From positions 186,001-250,000 of the forward strand of contig JAQGDQ010000306.1 in NCBI GenBank assembly GCA_030141605.1: a stretch of DNA of 64,000 nt, written 5' to 3'. Below, one piece after another: positions 1-13,600 of this stretch. Position 1 is the stretch's first letter; every line of letters begins with the position of its first letter. A program made the translations under genes and the position numbers. The DNA comes from Tubiluchus corallicola (lineage: Eukaryota > Animalia > Priapulida). Under the pieces are notes generated by a model that saw only the letters and a program-made list of their open reading frames with translations, was not told the DNA's origin and ran no database searches.

Positions 1-2
1 TC

Positions 3-614
3 GGAAGTGGTGAGGGAGAAGGAGAACCAGGCATAAACATAGAGAATACAATTGATTACATTGATCTTGACGAGATTAAGCTTTCTGTTGATTCAGTGAG
101 ACTTAAAGAAATCCAACTGTTATGGGAGCACGCAGAGACAGCCATTCCGAAAACGTTTGAAGTTGCTGTTAGTAAATTTAACAAATCTAATTTCACTGAA
201 GAGATAGATATCATAAACGTCCTTGGAGTTGGTGCCACTAGGTACGTACTTGAAAACCTAGAACCTTTGACAAAGTACCGTGTATGTGTAATAATGACAC
301 TAGAAGGAGGGACTGCTAAATATGATTGCGTTTATACCAAAACAGCCGCAAAACCGACCACTACGACAACCACAACGACACCTAAACCACCACAAACGAT
401 ACTCACAGGTAAGAACATCATTAAGGGGCAAGAAGTGACGTTGCTCATCATATTTAGTATATTCTTCGGGATTATATTTATTATGTTGATAGTTTATGCG
501 ATATATTCAATCGCAGAAAGGGCAAACTCGAAAGACAAATCACTACAGGACACAGAACATTTAGCCGTACATTACGATGCAGTAAATCAAGAATCGCATG
601 TTGACATTGTGTGA
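3..614 (+). CDS. 3' terminal exon (5'-partial) of a single-pass membrane protein: FN3 domain, Thr/Pro-rich stalk, TM helix and short tail (LRR-FN3 family-like)
   Basis: Frame is open from base 3 (GSGEGEGEPGINIENT...) to TGA at 612-614. It contains the FN3 signature LENLEPLTKYRVCV, the stalk KPTTTTTTTTPKPP, and the hydrophobic segment LLIIFSIFFGIIFIMLIVYAIYSIA. The ORF-track GTG start at 96 is internal. Confidence 0.8.
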   Translation, partial: GSGEGEGEPGINIENTIDYIDLDEIKLSVDSVRLKEIQLLWEHAETAIPKTFEVAVSKFNKSNFTEEIDIINVLGVGATRYVLENLEPLTKYRVCVIMTLEGGTAKYDCVYTKTAAKPTTTTTTTTPKPPQTILTGKNIIKGQEVTLLIIFSIFFGIIFIMLIVYAIYSIAERANSKDKSLQDTEHLAVHYDAVNQESHVDIV

Positions 615-3600
615 TGAATGTGGAAAAACAGGTAATGATCTATAACAGCACTGACAGGGAATTACGCTGCGCTATTCCATTAAAATAAACTATGATAAAG
701 GTATGTATATTTCATTATTTAGAAAAAAATTCCTGTTATTTGTGTATATACGGTTTATACGCACCCACATATTTACCATAAAGCGAATGCAAATTTCTTC
801 TACATATTCAGCTGGTTAACTCAGCGATTAATCTAACTGTGTTTGTAGATCGGCGAAATTTCATAAAGCTAACAGCATAAATTTTATTGTCCGTTTCACA
901 AATTGTTTGATCAACTGTAATTAGATAACATTTATATTTCCTCCAAACAGTAACATAATTGTAGTACTTTCTTGAAAATTAATTACGAAGCTTTCAGTTA
1001 CGTAATATAATAATGCACTTAATAATCTTAATAATAATAATGGATTTAAAAGTCGGGTGTACTAGAAGGTTTTTAACTATAGTCCTATTTTTGTCATTGA
1101 ATTGTCTAGTCTACAACTCTACATAGTCGTGACTGTAAACAATTCAATCTAGATGTTTTTTTTTATTAAAAAGTTTAACAACAAAGAATTAACAATCGGC
1201 AACCAAATTTTTCTTGAAAGCGAACACATACGCCTACCTTGTAAGGCGCCTTTCGTGCTTCATTTTTTGTATATTCATGACATTAACGAAAAAAACGTTG
1301 ACGTGTTATGTATAAAACTATGCCTGTAAATTAATTTATAAAACTGTAAACTATTTGTATTCATATAACTAATCATCGTGGAAAAATTAATATTCTCATA
1401 TTCACGTAATGAGCAGCTGTTTTCAAATTATAATTATTCATTTATAGGGCAGCTGTTTTAATAATTATTGCATTTCTAAATGAATTGCAAGAATGTACAA
1501 TCATGTATAGGCCCTAAATCATGTACATAAGTGTAATTAGGTGTTATTGCTTAACTTTCTATTAGGTCAACGAATTTTACTGTTCAGACGAACTTTGCAA
1601 TAAAAATAGTTCTATTATCAACATGTTATAAATTTGTCAAAGAGTTGTGTTATATGCCTGCGTGTAAATACGGCATGACTGACTACGATGCATGCATGCT
1701 ATAAATAATTAGTCCGCATTTCTTACTACACATCATAGTAGCATGCAAAAATAATATTGTGAATCGTTTATTTCGAAGTTACTAAAACGAAACATCTTTG
1801 TGGGATGTTCATCAATAATTAAAGCAACCTCGTCTTAAAAAAATCTAATTATTCTGGCGGATTGGTCATAGTAATCTTCTGTTATAGAATTGCTATTGAT
1901 TCAGTACAGAAGGAACTATTCTTCCCACATGCGCGCTATTCTTGGAAATTTTATATTCAAATAAAAGTCGACATAGCGGCCATTACGTCGTATAACACAC
2001 AAATGATTTCCCGTTTTGTACCGGAATTCCGTATTCATCCAATGCATAATGATTGGGCCATGCAGCTTATTATGTAAACCACTCCCGGAACTCAGACAGT
2101 TATCCCGCACATTTCGCAAAAATTTTGCTAACTCAAACATCCCCGTGAAACAATTTGTGATTTCCGTCATTAATGCACGCGGAAGACGTTGTTTTGAAAC
2201 CAATTCATTATAGAGAGCCTATACCACACATCAATGTCCTGCTCCAAAACAGCTCAGTCAGAAACACTTCTTGCGTTCATATCTTCACTATCATTATTAA
2301 GGTTGTATTATTTTATAGCTAGGACAGGACCAACAGCTGTACGTGCTGACTTCGCTAATGTTTTCATTGACGTAAACGAAATAAATAACTGGTAGCGAGG
2401 GATTGTCAATCAGCGTGAATATTACTGACTAAATACGCCTGGATTTTAACAGCGTAGTTGTTACTCAGCTTAAGTTAAAATAAACTCACTCGACTCTTAA
2501 TATTAAAACAACAAATTTAAATTTTTCTCTTTCAACATTCAACTGTATATTATTAATTAACTGTTGTTCTTGCAGTAAATTCAGCGATTTATTTAGCAAC
2601 TTTTCCCCAACTCACATAGATAGCGTCGTTTATTTAGTCTGAACAAATTATTTACTTCGCACCTTCGGCACTGCTTTTACAAATTATTATAGCAACAGAG
2701 TATAAATCCCAGAATTCATCTTAACTTCGGGACGAAAAAAGATTAATCCGAATAATCAAACTGGTCATTTTTTACTTTGGCACTCGTTCAGGGTGGAATC
2801 CGGGCCTTAGATTCAGGTACGATGCATTGATAGTTTTCACAAAATTTCAACATTCAAAGTATCGGCATAATAGTGCAAATTTTCAGGCGTAAATTCTGTC
2901 TGTAGGATAATCTCTTATCCTTTTAACTTGCTCCTAAATCCTTAACCGCGCCTAAGCTTGCGTGTGCGTCGCTCTTGATCGTGCATGCCCTGCCTGAATT
3001 ACGACTAAAATGCCTTCTGTACACTTGCTTACTTGAACTTAGTCGTGCTTTTGACAGGAGGCGTAAATGAATCTCTACTGACTAAGCGACGTATCTGAAT
3101 AGATACTATCTCTTTACGACTGCGTAACTCTTGTTAAGTGTACGTAACGTTTGAAAGGCTTTAACATAGGTTTGTCAGGTTAGCCGTAATGTTTGAGTAA
3201 TTACCTTTGTATTTACTACTAATGCATGTGTGATTGTAATATTTTCTTCAAATAAAAATATTGTTTAAACTAAGCATACGTAAGCGTGCTACGCATCATA
3301 CTTGAATATAGGGCTATCACTCATTGTCCAAGCTTTTTAATGTGGGTAGCTGCGGCGAGACCAATATCTAGTTCATTATCAAGGGTAATACTCTAAAATG
3401 AAATATTGAACTGCCAGAGGTGCCTTTATCCGTATTTGAATGCGTACATTTATTGTCTTAACGCACCTCATTCACAGCTGATGAAATCGTCCAAAAGCAG
3501 TTGTCTTAGCAGTCACAAATGGATTTCTTGACCTGGCTCAGTGTTGCTTAACTTTTTTCGCCACGGTGAGCATCGGAACATGAAAATATACATGAATACT

Positions 3601-4800
3601 AAATTATAAATTATAAATTATGATCTTTATAAATATAATCGTACCGATAGCGTACCGCTTCCGCTTAAAAAAGTTCCCAGAGAGGCATTTCATTTTATTT
3701 TACTTGGTGTTGTAAAAAACGTTATAACGTTATAAAAGAAATAAGCACAAAACGCCAAATATAAAACTTACTAAACGTTGGAAAATAAACTCAAATTTTC
3801 AAATTAAAACTATTTAACTAAAACTGGCTTTTGGCAAATTTACTCTATATAAGTGATGTCTATTTTGCTAAATTTTGATTTTTACTTTAATTCTAAAATT
3901 GACGGCTATAATGCCGTAATAAAACAAGCATTCGGAATCCTTGAATTGCAACCTCTGTTCATAAACCGCTATCAGATAATTATGCAGTGATCCGCTTCTA
4001 GTATTACTGGAACAGAATTTGTATACAGGAGTTACACATATATACCAGTAATGGGTCACATGACTAGGAATTGTTAGCTTCTGAGAGTCAAATATGCTTC
4101 AGATACATTTGCAAGTCTCTCAAACAGTGTATCATCTCATACATCCTCTCAAAAATAAACCTTATTAAACAACCGCCCCAAGAATCAATGTAGCTGGAAA
4201 TATGCACAATAGCACTTCGCAGCATCCGTGGGTGTTTCAAAGGCGTTCTAAACGTCGCCTTGTCTCGTGCAGTTTTTACCGCTGCATTGAATAGACTACT
4301 TGTATGCTAAGCTAATTAAGGGCGATTAGGTGTTCATGACTCAGTACCATAGGCTCTATATGGATGGTCTCTGGCCAGTTTTAATGTGTTTACCGAGCAG
4401 TGAGAATGCACAGATGATCACAAGCTAGGCTTCGTAGGCAACTCTAAAGGAAAGCACATTCCATGTGTAATCTCTTCCTGTTTTCACGGGGTTTGTACAC
4501 GTGCAATCCATATTCGCGGTGCTCAATCAAAATCCGTCCGACGAATTTGTTTGGAGACGTGTGACCCTGATGCGGGTTCATATTAGAAGAAGCCAAACAA
4601 CTCATATCATGACGTGCCTTTTATTAATCAAGCGTGACGTTAATCAATCAGAATTCCCTACAAGCAAGACAGCACATATCCAATGTCAGAAGAAAATGTG
4701 AAGGAAGTTATGTGACTAGTTTCAGGCCTTTACAAATTCATCATTCCAGGCATCATAATAGACGTTGGGAATTAACAAAAAATCGTTAATTTATAAGGTA

Positions 4801-4916
4801 TTATCATCATCGTCGTCGTCGCCGTCGTCGTCTTCGTCGTCGCTATCATCATAATCACCATCATTTTGATTACCATCATCAATCATATTATTTATCATCA
4901 TCATCATTGTCATCGT
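4801..4916. repeat. Imperfect (CAT/CGT)n trinucleotide tract
   Basis: atcatcatcgtcgtcgtcgccgtcgtcgtc...atcatcatcatc. Confidence 0.8.
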
Positions 4917-5570
4917 CCAGTGTATCTCTAGTTAAATCAACTCAACTATATACTGTAATCGTGAACTGGTACGTAGACCGCTGACTTTCCTTTTGCTTTT
5001 ATGAAATCATTTTGCAGAACGAAACATAAGCCATTTCCTGCATAGAAATAGTTGCATCTAATTTAATAAAAAGGTAATAAGGACAGCGACAAGGACAACT
5101 GCAACAATTTCTTCAAAAAACATCACAATAGGGCCTACTGCACATCCACAATTATGAAGTATTGGCATTGCTTTAAATATTACGTAAGTCAATAGTTAGT
5201 TCAGTGAGCGTGCAATGAGCTGTTTTTTCTTTTTATTATTATAGCTCTAAAGGACAGTCTTGTCAGATACGACATGTCAAATGCCCCACCACGATAACAT
5301 ATAAGACACACAGCTTGGTATTGGTGGCTTTCATCTACTGAGTTGCTAATTTCTTAACTTCAGTATGTCATTCTCTCCACAATTAGTTTTATATTGTATT
5401 ATATATTTAGGCACAAAAGTACAATAAAGAAGAAGTAAAAGTAAAAACGTATGAACGATATTTTGTGCTCTTCTTGTGTTGCCAACAAATTGCTAGTCTC
5501 ACAATCTGTCAATCTTCTGCTTATCAATTGGTCGCCGACCTAAGTCGTACAAAACAGATTAAAAACAAAG

Positions 5571-5731
5571 ACTTGAAATTACATTCATTAGGTACATGCT
5601 TTAAGACCTAAACGAGGAAATTCAAAAGAAAGTCATATCTGCCTTTCATACTCTGCACTCTGCATACTGACATAATTTTAATTTCCTTGTTTACATCTTA
5701 AAGTATGTACCTAATGATTGTAATTTCAAGT
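5571..5731. mobile_element. MITE-like inverted repeat (~52-bp arms)
   Basis: Left arm ACTTGAAATTACATTCATTAGGTACATGCTTTAAGACCTAAACGAGGAAATT matches the reverse complement of 5680-5731 with ~5 mismatches. Confidence 0.65.
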
Positions 5732-6599
5732 GTTTATTTAGACTACAAAGACTACAAAGGCCTGTTTAATCACATAACATAAGAGGTAACAGCAACAGCG
5801 GTTGCGAGCTTGCACTTTATCCATTCCATCATCACACGTTCTACCACCAATCATCTTTCCCATATTAATTTTTTTAGTACAAGCTGTAAGAAATACATTA
5901 CCTATAGAGCGTATGACTTGAATAACGTAAGATTCTTCCAAACGTAGGAAGAAGAGAACGTACAATGAGAGCGCCGGTTTTGAAAATGGCATCTTTTACA
6001 AACACTCGCTCATTATTTTGCACTTATTTCGTAGAAATTACATTATACCGCAATGAGGGATGATGTATCAGAATGTGCGGTGACGCTTGAACTGAATGTA
6101 TGGCCAGTTTAAGCGTTGCGCTTAAACATGTGATGTGATCATATGCAGTTCGAGATAGCAAGAAAAATTGGAATAAAGCTTATGTGAATTGAAGCTAAGG
6201 CCATCTACGTTTACTTCCGCACTTTACTACTTACTATGTGTATTTAATACTTACTACAAAAGTCTCGTCGCTGAGTTATTTTCACACATCGCTAAATAAA
6301 GAAAAAGAGCACATAACAGACGTATACAGTAAATGGCGGTGTTCCCGAGCGACTTCGCGACATACCGCGATGCGACCTACCTATTCCCGCACCAACTGCT
6401 GCCGATTGTCTGACACGGCAGAAGTCCACTGTCCGTAACTGACAGCTAACTTGCTAGTTTTTGAATGTACATGTAACATTTGTTTACAAAATTTTTAACT
6501 GCACAAGTTCACTTTTTAATTTGTCGAAATGTGCTTTGAGAGTGTTACAAATAAATGAATTTTCAGTATTGAAAGCAGGTAGAAAGGCCCCGAACTTCC

Positions 6600-7160
6600 A
6601 TATGCGATAATAGACTTAGCGGTGGAGTTACATATTTTGGTTGACCAAATCGACGGGTATGTTATAATATTGTTTTCCTACTGTTTTATACATGGCCTTT
6701 TGACCTTTATCTTTCAATAGAATAATACTGTTAAAAAATTTTGGTGATGTATAGAAATCAACGCCAACGTATTTGTATTTTTGACTCATTTCGATCAATT
6801 TGGCGTACATTTATCACAATAAGAAGCGAATTTGCCTAAACAAAAATGCAATATCATCTGCATAATTTTTATACAATAAACAGTAAAATTTTTCGTTGGC
6901 TAATTTAACAGGATGACAATCTAACATAAAATACCAGATAAAACTGAAAACAAAGCAGGAATAATCACACAACCTTGTTTTAGGCCATAGTTACATGAAC
7001 AACTTTCAGTAATTCGTTCAGGGAGCGTGACTGCGTAACTAGATTTAGAATACATATATCTTAGTATAGTCAAAAATTTGTCATTAATGCCATGTATTAA
7101 CAATTTGAGCTTCTCGCCACACTGAACAAAATGCTTTGCGCATATCAACAAAGGCATCCT
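6600..7160 (-). mobile_element. Decayed non-LTR retrotransposon reverse-transcriptase fragment (RTE/RTEX-like)
   Basis: Peptides LLIHGINDKFLTILRYMYSK..GLKQGCVIIPALF, YADD (6864-6853) and KYKYVG, broken by stops/frameshifts. Confidence 0.8.
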
Positions 7161-10100
7161 TTAAAGATAGCGTCCTCTTTTTATAAAATTATCCGCATCT
7201 ATGTTGAGGGTAAATATACGGTTAACACGAACGGTATAATATCCGTCACCACAAATTCTGGATGCACTTATACACCCCACCCAATTTGCGGAGTTCCCAG
7301 AAACAAAAATGTTGTTTAATGAGCCTTTGCAGCTAACAGACACGACTCAGCCGCATTTCTGTGAAACGGATTGGCTTGCCACCCAATGCGTAACCTAGGA
7401 GGTTCAAATTATGGTAAAAATCTTTTTAAAACAACCATACCAAATACCTGTAATTAAATGTATAGCAGAAGTTTGTCACCGAAAATGAAATTAGATTATT
7501 TGTGCAATCATATAATACATTATTTTCTTTAGGTCTAAATGCTCCAGATAAGATGAAGCCCTCTAATCAGTAGAACATTTTTACCTCGAAGGTTGAATGT
7601 AGAGTTGCGTTGAGTGCAGGCAGGCTGCATTATTTCGTAAGTGCCACCCAGCCAAAAAATACTAATATTTGAATGCTTCTTAGCTTTCAACAATACTCCG
7701 TCCATTACAGTTAGATCGTATGATATTTAAAGTTACATATGTGCTATGCACTATAATATTATGAAAAAATGCAACCAATGTATTTGAAAGGTTATTTTAA
7801 GATCTTCTGCCTTAGAGAACTAAAGCTCATGTGACTACGTGGCCTTACGCGGACAATGTAAAGCAGTGATTACATGAAATTCAAGTTTTAGTAAATCTTG
7901 CAGGCTAAAGCACATTCTGCATCAGTTGCTAACATGTTCGGCTAGCTTTCTTCAAATAAACAGATGTTGCAATCAAATCTGCTAATTTACTCTGCCAGCC
8001 AAAATGCGCTTTTTACGTCGGATATGACCTAGAAAGCAGGAAACCATCAAAATTCACTTTATTTACTGCAGTGTAGTTTTACAACGTGCATTGGGCAGAC
8101 GCTAGAAACAAAACTAGAAGCGAAGTTAAAGCGCAGTGACATTTCCTCCATTCCTACTTTGTAACTTGTAAGGGAGCATGTAGGTGTACACGTAAGGTTG
8201 CCTGTATGTGCTTACCGTCGCTTGTGTATAAGTGCGTACGTTTTTGTAATTGTGTAGTCCAGCGTGATGTCTACATTCACGAATGAATAAAAAGGATAGG
8301 TATAAATTATGTGTATAATGTTTGTGTGTATGCACTTGTATATCATGTGTATATGCTTAAATAAATATTTATATATGTACATGATCATATAATGCAAGTC
8401 CAAGTATCATTACCTAATACATTATTATTGCGAATAATATAATTCAAAGTCCTAGTCAATGTTTATGTGATACTAACAAATAGGCTCGTACTCCTTATAT
8501 ATTTTAACTTTTTAAGCTATTTCACTAATTTTTGTAAATTGAAAATCTTCCAGTATGACTATTGTGTGCTAATACTAACTATTATACATCACTTTATTGC
8601 AAATTTATCCTTGGGTGACTGACTCTATAACTTACGTTCATTCGCCATCCCTTCGCCTATACATAGCAAATAAAAATTAATTGTAACGTTACATTTGTAT
8701 TTTGTTTTAATTCATTACATTTATATCGCACTAATATTTTTATTGAAAGGTGAAATATAGATGAAATTCTAATTCTAAAAAAAAACTAAAAATTTCCTTC
8801 TAGATTGTGTTTTCCTGTCCACTCTGTTTTTTCATGGTAAATAACTGTTCCATTTCTGTCGAATAAATAAAAAATAGCTGTCAGAAACATTCAATAATAA
8901 GCTTTGACTCATTCGTTTTTTATCAGAAATCTTGCAACTCAAGTAAGCTGCATGCAGTTATTACTCTCAAATTATTCTGGGATGTTCACGTTACTGCTGC
9001 TCAGGAACACTGATATTTGATCAGCACACATTAATTTAACCACGGGTGTTATCTGACTTTTTTATTAAACGCTGTGCGATAATTCGTTCAATAATTCACT
9101 TTTTATAACTGAATCTTAACAGAATGCCAGCTTTGAAGCCGATTGCCATATTTTCCTACAACGCTCAATGTGTTTAGATCGGCATGCTTTACTGTCGTAT
9201 CTGTTTGCATAATCTGTGAGTTCTACTTGACATGAATTACCAATAGCATTTAAGCTACCTCATTCAGCAACAAACTTCACTTATACGTATCAGTGTTTTC
9301 ATTAGGAAAGGCTAGAAATGTCGTAGAGCTACTTGTTATTCGATTATGAATTGGCAAAATCAAGCTGGCCATTCAATTTCTTTGTCGGCATGCCGTTTTA
9401 TAAAATCTACGACCTACAGACGGTATAGCGAATGACAGTGGTTATAACTTTGCAGCGCCACCTATGCCCGACAAACCTGGCAAAAATTAACCATCATTCA
9501 AGTTATAGTGTATCCGATGTTTTTTTTTTTAATTTTTGGTTAAGTCAGATATCAATCGACTGAACTCAATACCATCCAAATAGCATGAACAACTAGATGA
9601 GTGGCAAACCTTATATTCCATTTATAGTAGACTTGTATACTAGCAAGAAGACACACATTTGGAATTTTTTAAGTGAATATGATGATAGAGAAGCCAAAGA
9701 ATCGTTGCACCAAAAATTATTACAGTTCAGTGAGTTTTTACCCACGAACATGGATGAAAGGTTCAGAGGTACAATACTGCATCTCAGACTACTGTAGTCC
9801 ACTTGAATCATAAAGTAGCCTCATGTTCGATCAGCAGTCATTCTTTGTTTCCGATATAGAAAAGTGAAAAGAATCCACCTTCAACAAAAGTTATGCACCT
9901 AATAAAGTGACCATGTGGAAAGAGCTACAGAGCCCATTACCTTATATGTCAGTGTTTTAAATATCAGTATTTTAACTGTAACTGTTTTAAAAATTTAAAA
10001 AGTGGGCATTAGATTCCATCATTCCAACGCTTGTAAAATTATGTTGCAAAATGTGCTGCTGAAACATAAACAGAAAGAACAATGCAGCAAACAAAGATAA

Positions 10101-10639
10101 TAAATTATATAACCATAAAGTTGATAAAATAGTAATTTAATTTATATAAAACTTAATCAAGAATACATTCCATAAAACTTTTTACACTTCAAACAGTGAA
10201 AAACATTGATGACAAATGTACAAGCGCTAATAATTAAAAACTTGTGTTACACAAATGCACTAAAAGTAGCACACAGTTGAACATATTTTATGTATGTGAA
10301 TCTACCTTTGCTATTTTCATGCATTTGAAAGATTTTTGGGCCACTTGCTATGTTTATGATGCAACATTGGTACAAAGATGAGGTTAAAAATACCATGTTT
10401 TAAACATACATGGAAATACACATTACAAGCATTTAAAAACTGCACTTCAACTCCACTAAATTCACAGAAAAAGAACAACGTATTGAAAGGCCCCTATAAT
10501 CTGTTTAATACAGAAAACTATGACAGTAATGATTACACAAGACAACTGATTAAACATAAATACACAATGGACTAGTGAGATAACACAGCATAAAAAACTT
10601 ACAGTGCTTACAAAAGTTAATTTAATTGCAAAAAAATTG

Positions 10640-13600
10640 TCAGTGAGGACGCCATCCTATGTTTGACAAACCGTGGAAGTTCCTTTTTAATGCCTGCTTG
10701 TCAGCCCACCCAGAATTCAAATATGTATTATCTTCATCTTCCTCGAGTTTCTGAAATGTCATTACTGTATCAATACAAGAACTTACATCAGGAACATTTT
10801 TCCAAGCAATGTGGATGGTATAGAAAATTCCATAAGATACCCATAAGAATTAACGAAGACATCAGAAATTTGCCATGGGGCCCATAATATCTTGATGATA
10901 AGCATACGTTAATGACCATAGAGTCAAAATCATCTTAGACAAGTTTATCTAAGATGCTCACCTTCAACTCTTCCTGTTTTCTATAAGCAGTTAGCATCAT
11001 TTGTTTTTTTTGTTCCTCTGTAAAAACTGGTTCTCTAGCAGGTGCACCACTACCGCTCTACAAGCATAAAACATGAGAAATGTAAATACTAGCAATCGAG
11101 AAAATTTAATGCTTGTTTTAGCTTAGTTAGTGGGAGTAGCTGAACTTGGTGACGGCCACGCCAGGTGATTCACCTGGACAGGGCACATTCATGGTTACAC
11201 AGTCTTTGAAGATAAGCAAATGGAATTACAATCATATTTAGAACATTCCCCAAAGGAAACAATTGTTGGAATTGGAAAAGCAATTGATTGTTTTACCAAA
11301 CTGTGTAACTTTACCAATTCTGCAACATGTGCAAGCTGTCGTGCTTATTTATTTCATGACAGTTTGAATTAATCTACACAGTGCAGTTATAATAACAAAA
11401 ACACCCCTCAATAAGCCACATTTCCATGTGTCTTTCACTTACATTTACTTCATTAATGCCAAATTCTGTAGAGAAATATCTACAGCTACATTTCTTTACA
11501 AATTGTACTTAGTTTTAACAAATTTTCATATTAGGATGTTCTAAGCACCAATTTACACTAAATTTTAATTTGGTAAGAGAAAAACAATTGTACTGAGTGA
11601 GAGAGACAAACTATTATAAGAGACAAAATTGGAGAAACATACTCTTAAATGTCACATATTATTAAAAACACATGATGAAACACAAAAGCTCTACCATTGC
11701 ATTATTATGCACCAGAAAAGCTTTAAGGAGAACAGCACAAAAAATAAAAGAACTACATTGCTTACCTTTGACAATTTGACCACAATTTTCGTCTTTTCAT
11801 TTTTTCCAACATAATCCTGAAGCATCTTTTCTGGTTGCAAGTGCTTGCCAGCCCACCAAATCTGTGCCGTTGCAGTTTCAAGCACTTGTTGTGAAGCCTA
11901 AAAATGACAATGCTGTCTGTGTTGGTAAATATAAGAAAAGCATTATCGTATATTGCACTGCAACACTGTACATGTACAGTAAAATCTTAGTAATTCAGAC
12001 TCCACTAATTCAAATACCACTAGTGTAAAATGCGCAGAGAACAAAGTTATACACCAGAACAGGTGCTTAGTAAAAAACATTCTGGCACTGCCTTGTGTCA
12101 ACATTGCTATCTTGATTTTGACATGTTACCCCCATTTTACTACCGGCACATCTTTTTGTGATCTTACATACAGCTGATGCATTTTTGATACAAGACTATC
12201 AAAAAAATTTACTTCTTTTTTTGTTTTTAGTAAACCTGTAGTTTAGTATTATTAGCAAGTTTAATTGTATCATAATCTACTATTGCTACTAACATGATTG
12301 CATGTGTAGGGATATTCATCATAAATAACTTTCTGCATAATGCTTCTATTAGTGCATCTCATAAATTTTATTGCTGAGATGCTGAGAGATAAATTTATAA
12401 ATGCATAGTCACACAATATTGGGAACTCTGTACTAATTCCATAATTCAATTATGTTTAATAAACTAAATTTACTGTTTTTAACGATGTCGTAACTTTTGG
12501 TATATAAAAACGTGGACTGTTATGTATACAGTAGTTCTTAATAATGTAACCACATAAAACCAAATTCTCATCTTATTAAAGATACCGTAAAAAGCACATG
12601 CTAAGGAGTTTAGGTTTAAATTCGGATTAGTGGATAGGCTTCACTTCAAATTCAGCTTGTTTATATTCGATACAGACTTTGATTCAGCAGCAAGATTTCT
12701 GGTTTCTACATAACTTACACTACTGCCATCTGAGATCACACAAATAAAAACTAAAATTAACACATTCTAACACATGGTAACAATAACAAACGAACATGTG
12801 TGCCAGAAAGATCTTCTCTGTGTTCCAGTTCCATGCGAATTGGATCATACTTTGGAAGTCCCATGGGGAATGCAATCATTACAGCTCCTTTTAGCATGTC
12901 CAATGCATCTTTAATAGTTTCTTTGGTCAAACTTATGTTAGCATCTACTTGTTTCTGAAAAGCATCACATTATGCATTCACCTTTCAATTTTCCAAATGT
13001 TTTCTTTAGTGCAATACTAAAACAATTTCAAACTACAGCATTGAGTGAAATGTAGCAAATGTTCATGTATTTCTTAGAATAAATGTAACTTTCAGCCACA
13101 TCACACTGTATTAAACATACCAACCACACAACAATAGGTCAAAATTATATTATTTAAATATATTGATATTTCGATAACAGGATTGTTCAGTAGAAAAAAA
13201 TTGAAACTTCTATGCAATATAACCATTACTTAGTGACTACGAGACTGCCAAAAGGTCAGTAGACCACTGGACAAAAAAGGTTCTGGTCTGACAACAATGC
13301 CAAAATATGCAGTCTCACAAAAAAGTCTCACAAGCACGGCTTGACATACACACAGAGATCTTAATAAATATTTTGCCTTAAAACATTTACAATAGACATC
13401 ATTTATTAGACTCGTGGTTAATAGAATCAGTCACCTAATTGACTCAAAAATGTCTGGTACGGGCTGCCCCTATACAAATGTAAATACAAAAACTGTGGCA
13501 ATGGATTCAAATAGCTCCATATAATTGACTCAATATTTTTACTTCACCCATTTAAAATAAGAAACTTGTGCATGATAAAAGAACTTTTACTGCTTTTATG

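Noticed and set aside
1916-2218. 95-100 aa open frame on - strand (..SKQRLPRALMTEI..RIARMWEE)
   Set aside because: No recognisable domain, TTG start, weak acceptor; kept only as a possible partner of the orphan exon at 5902-5992.
6333-6434. ATG frame with in-frame TGA (MAVFPSDF..LPIV*HGRS) as a selenoprotein
   Set aside because: No selenoprotein family motif around the TGA and no SECIS identified.
9597-9797. 66-aa + strand ORF
   Set aside because: No homology recognised; preceded immediately by a stop; no coherent exon chain.
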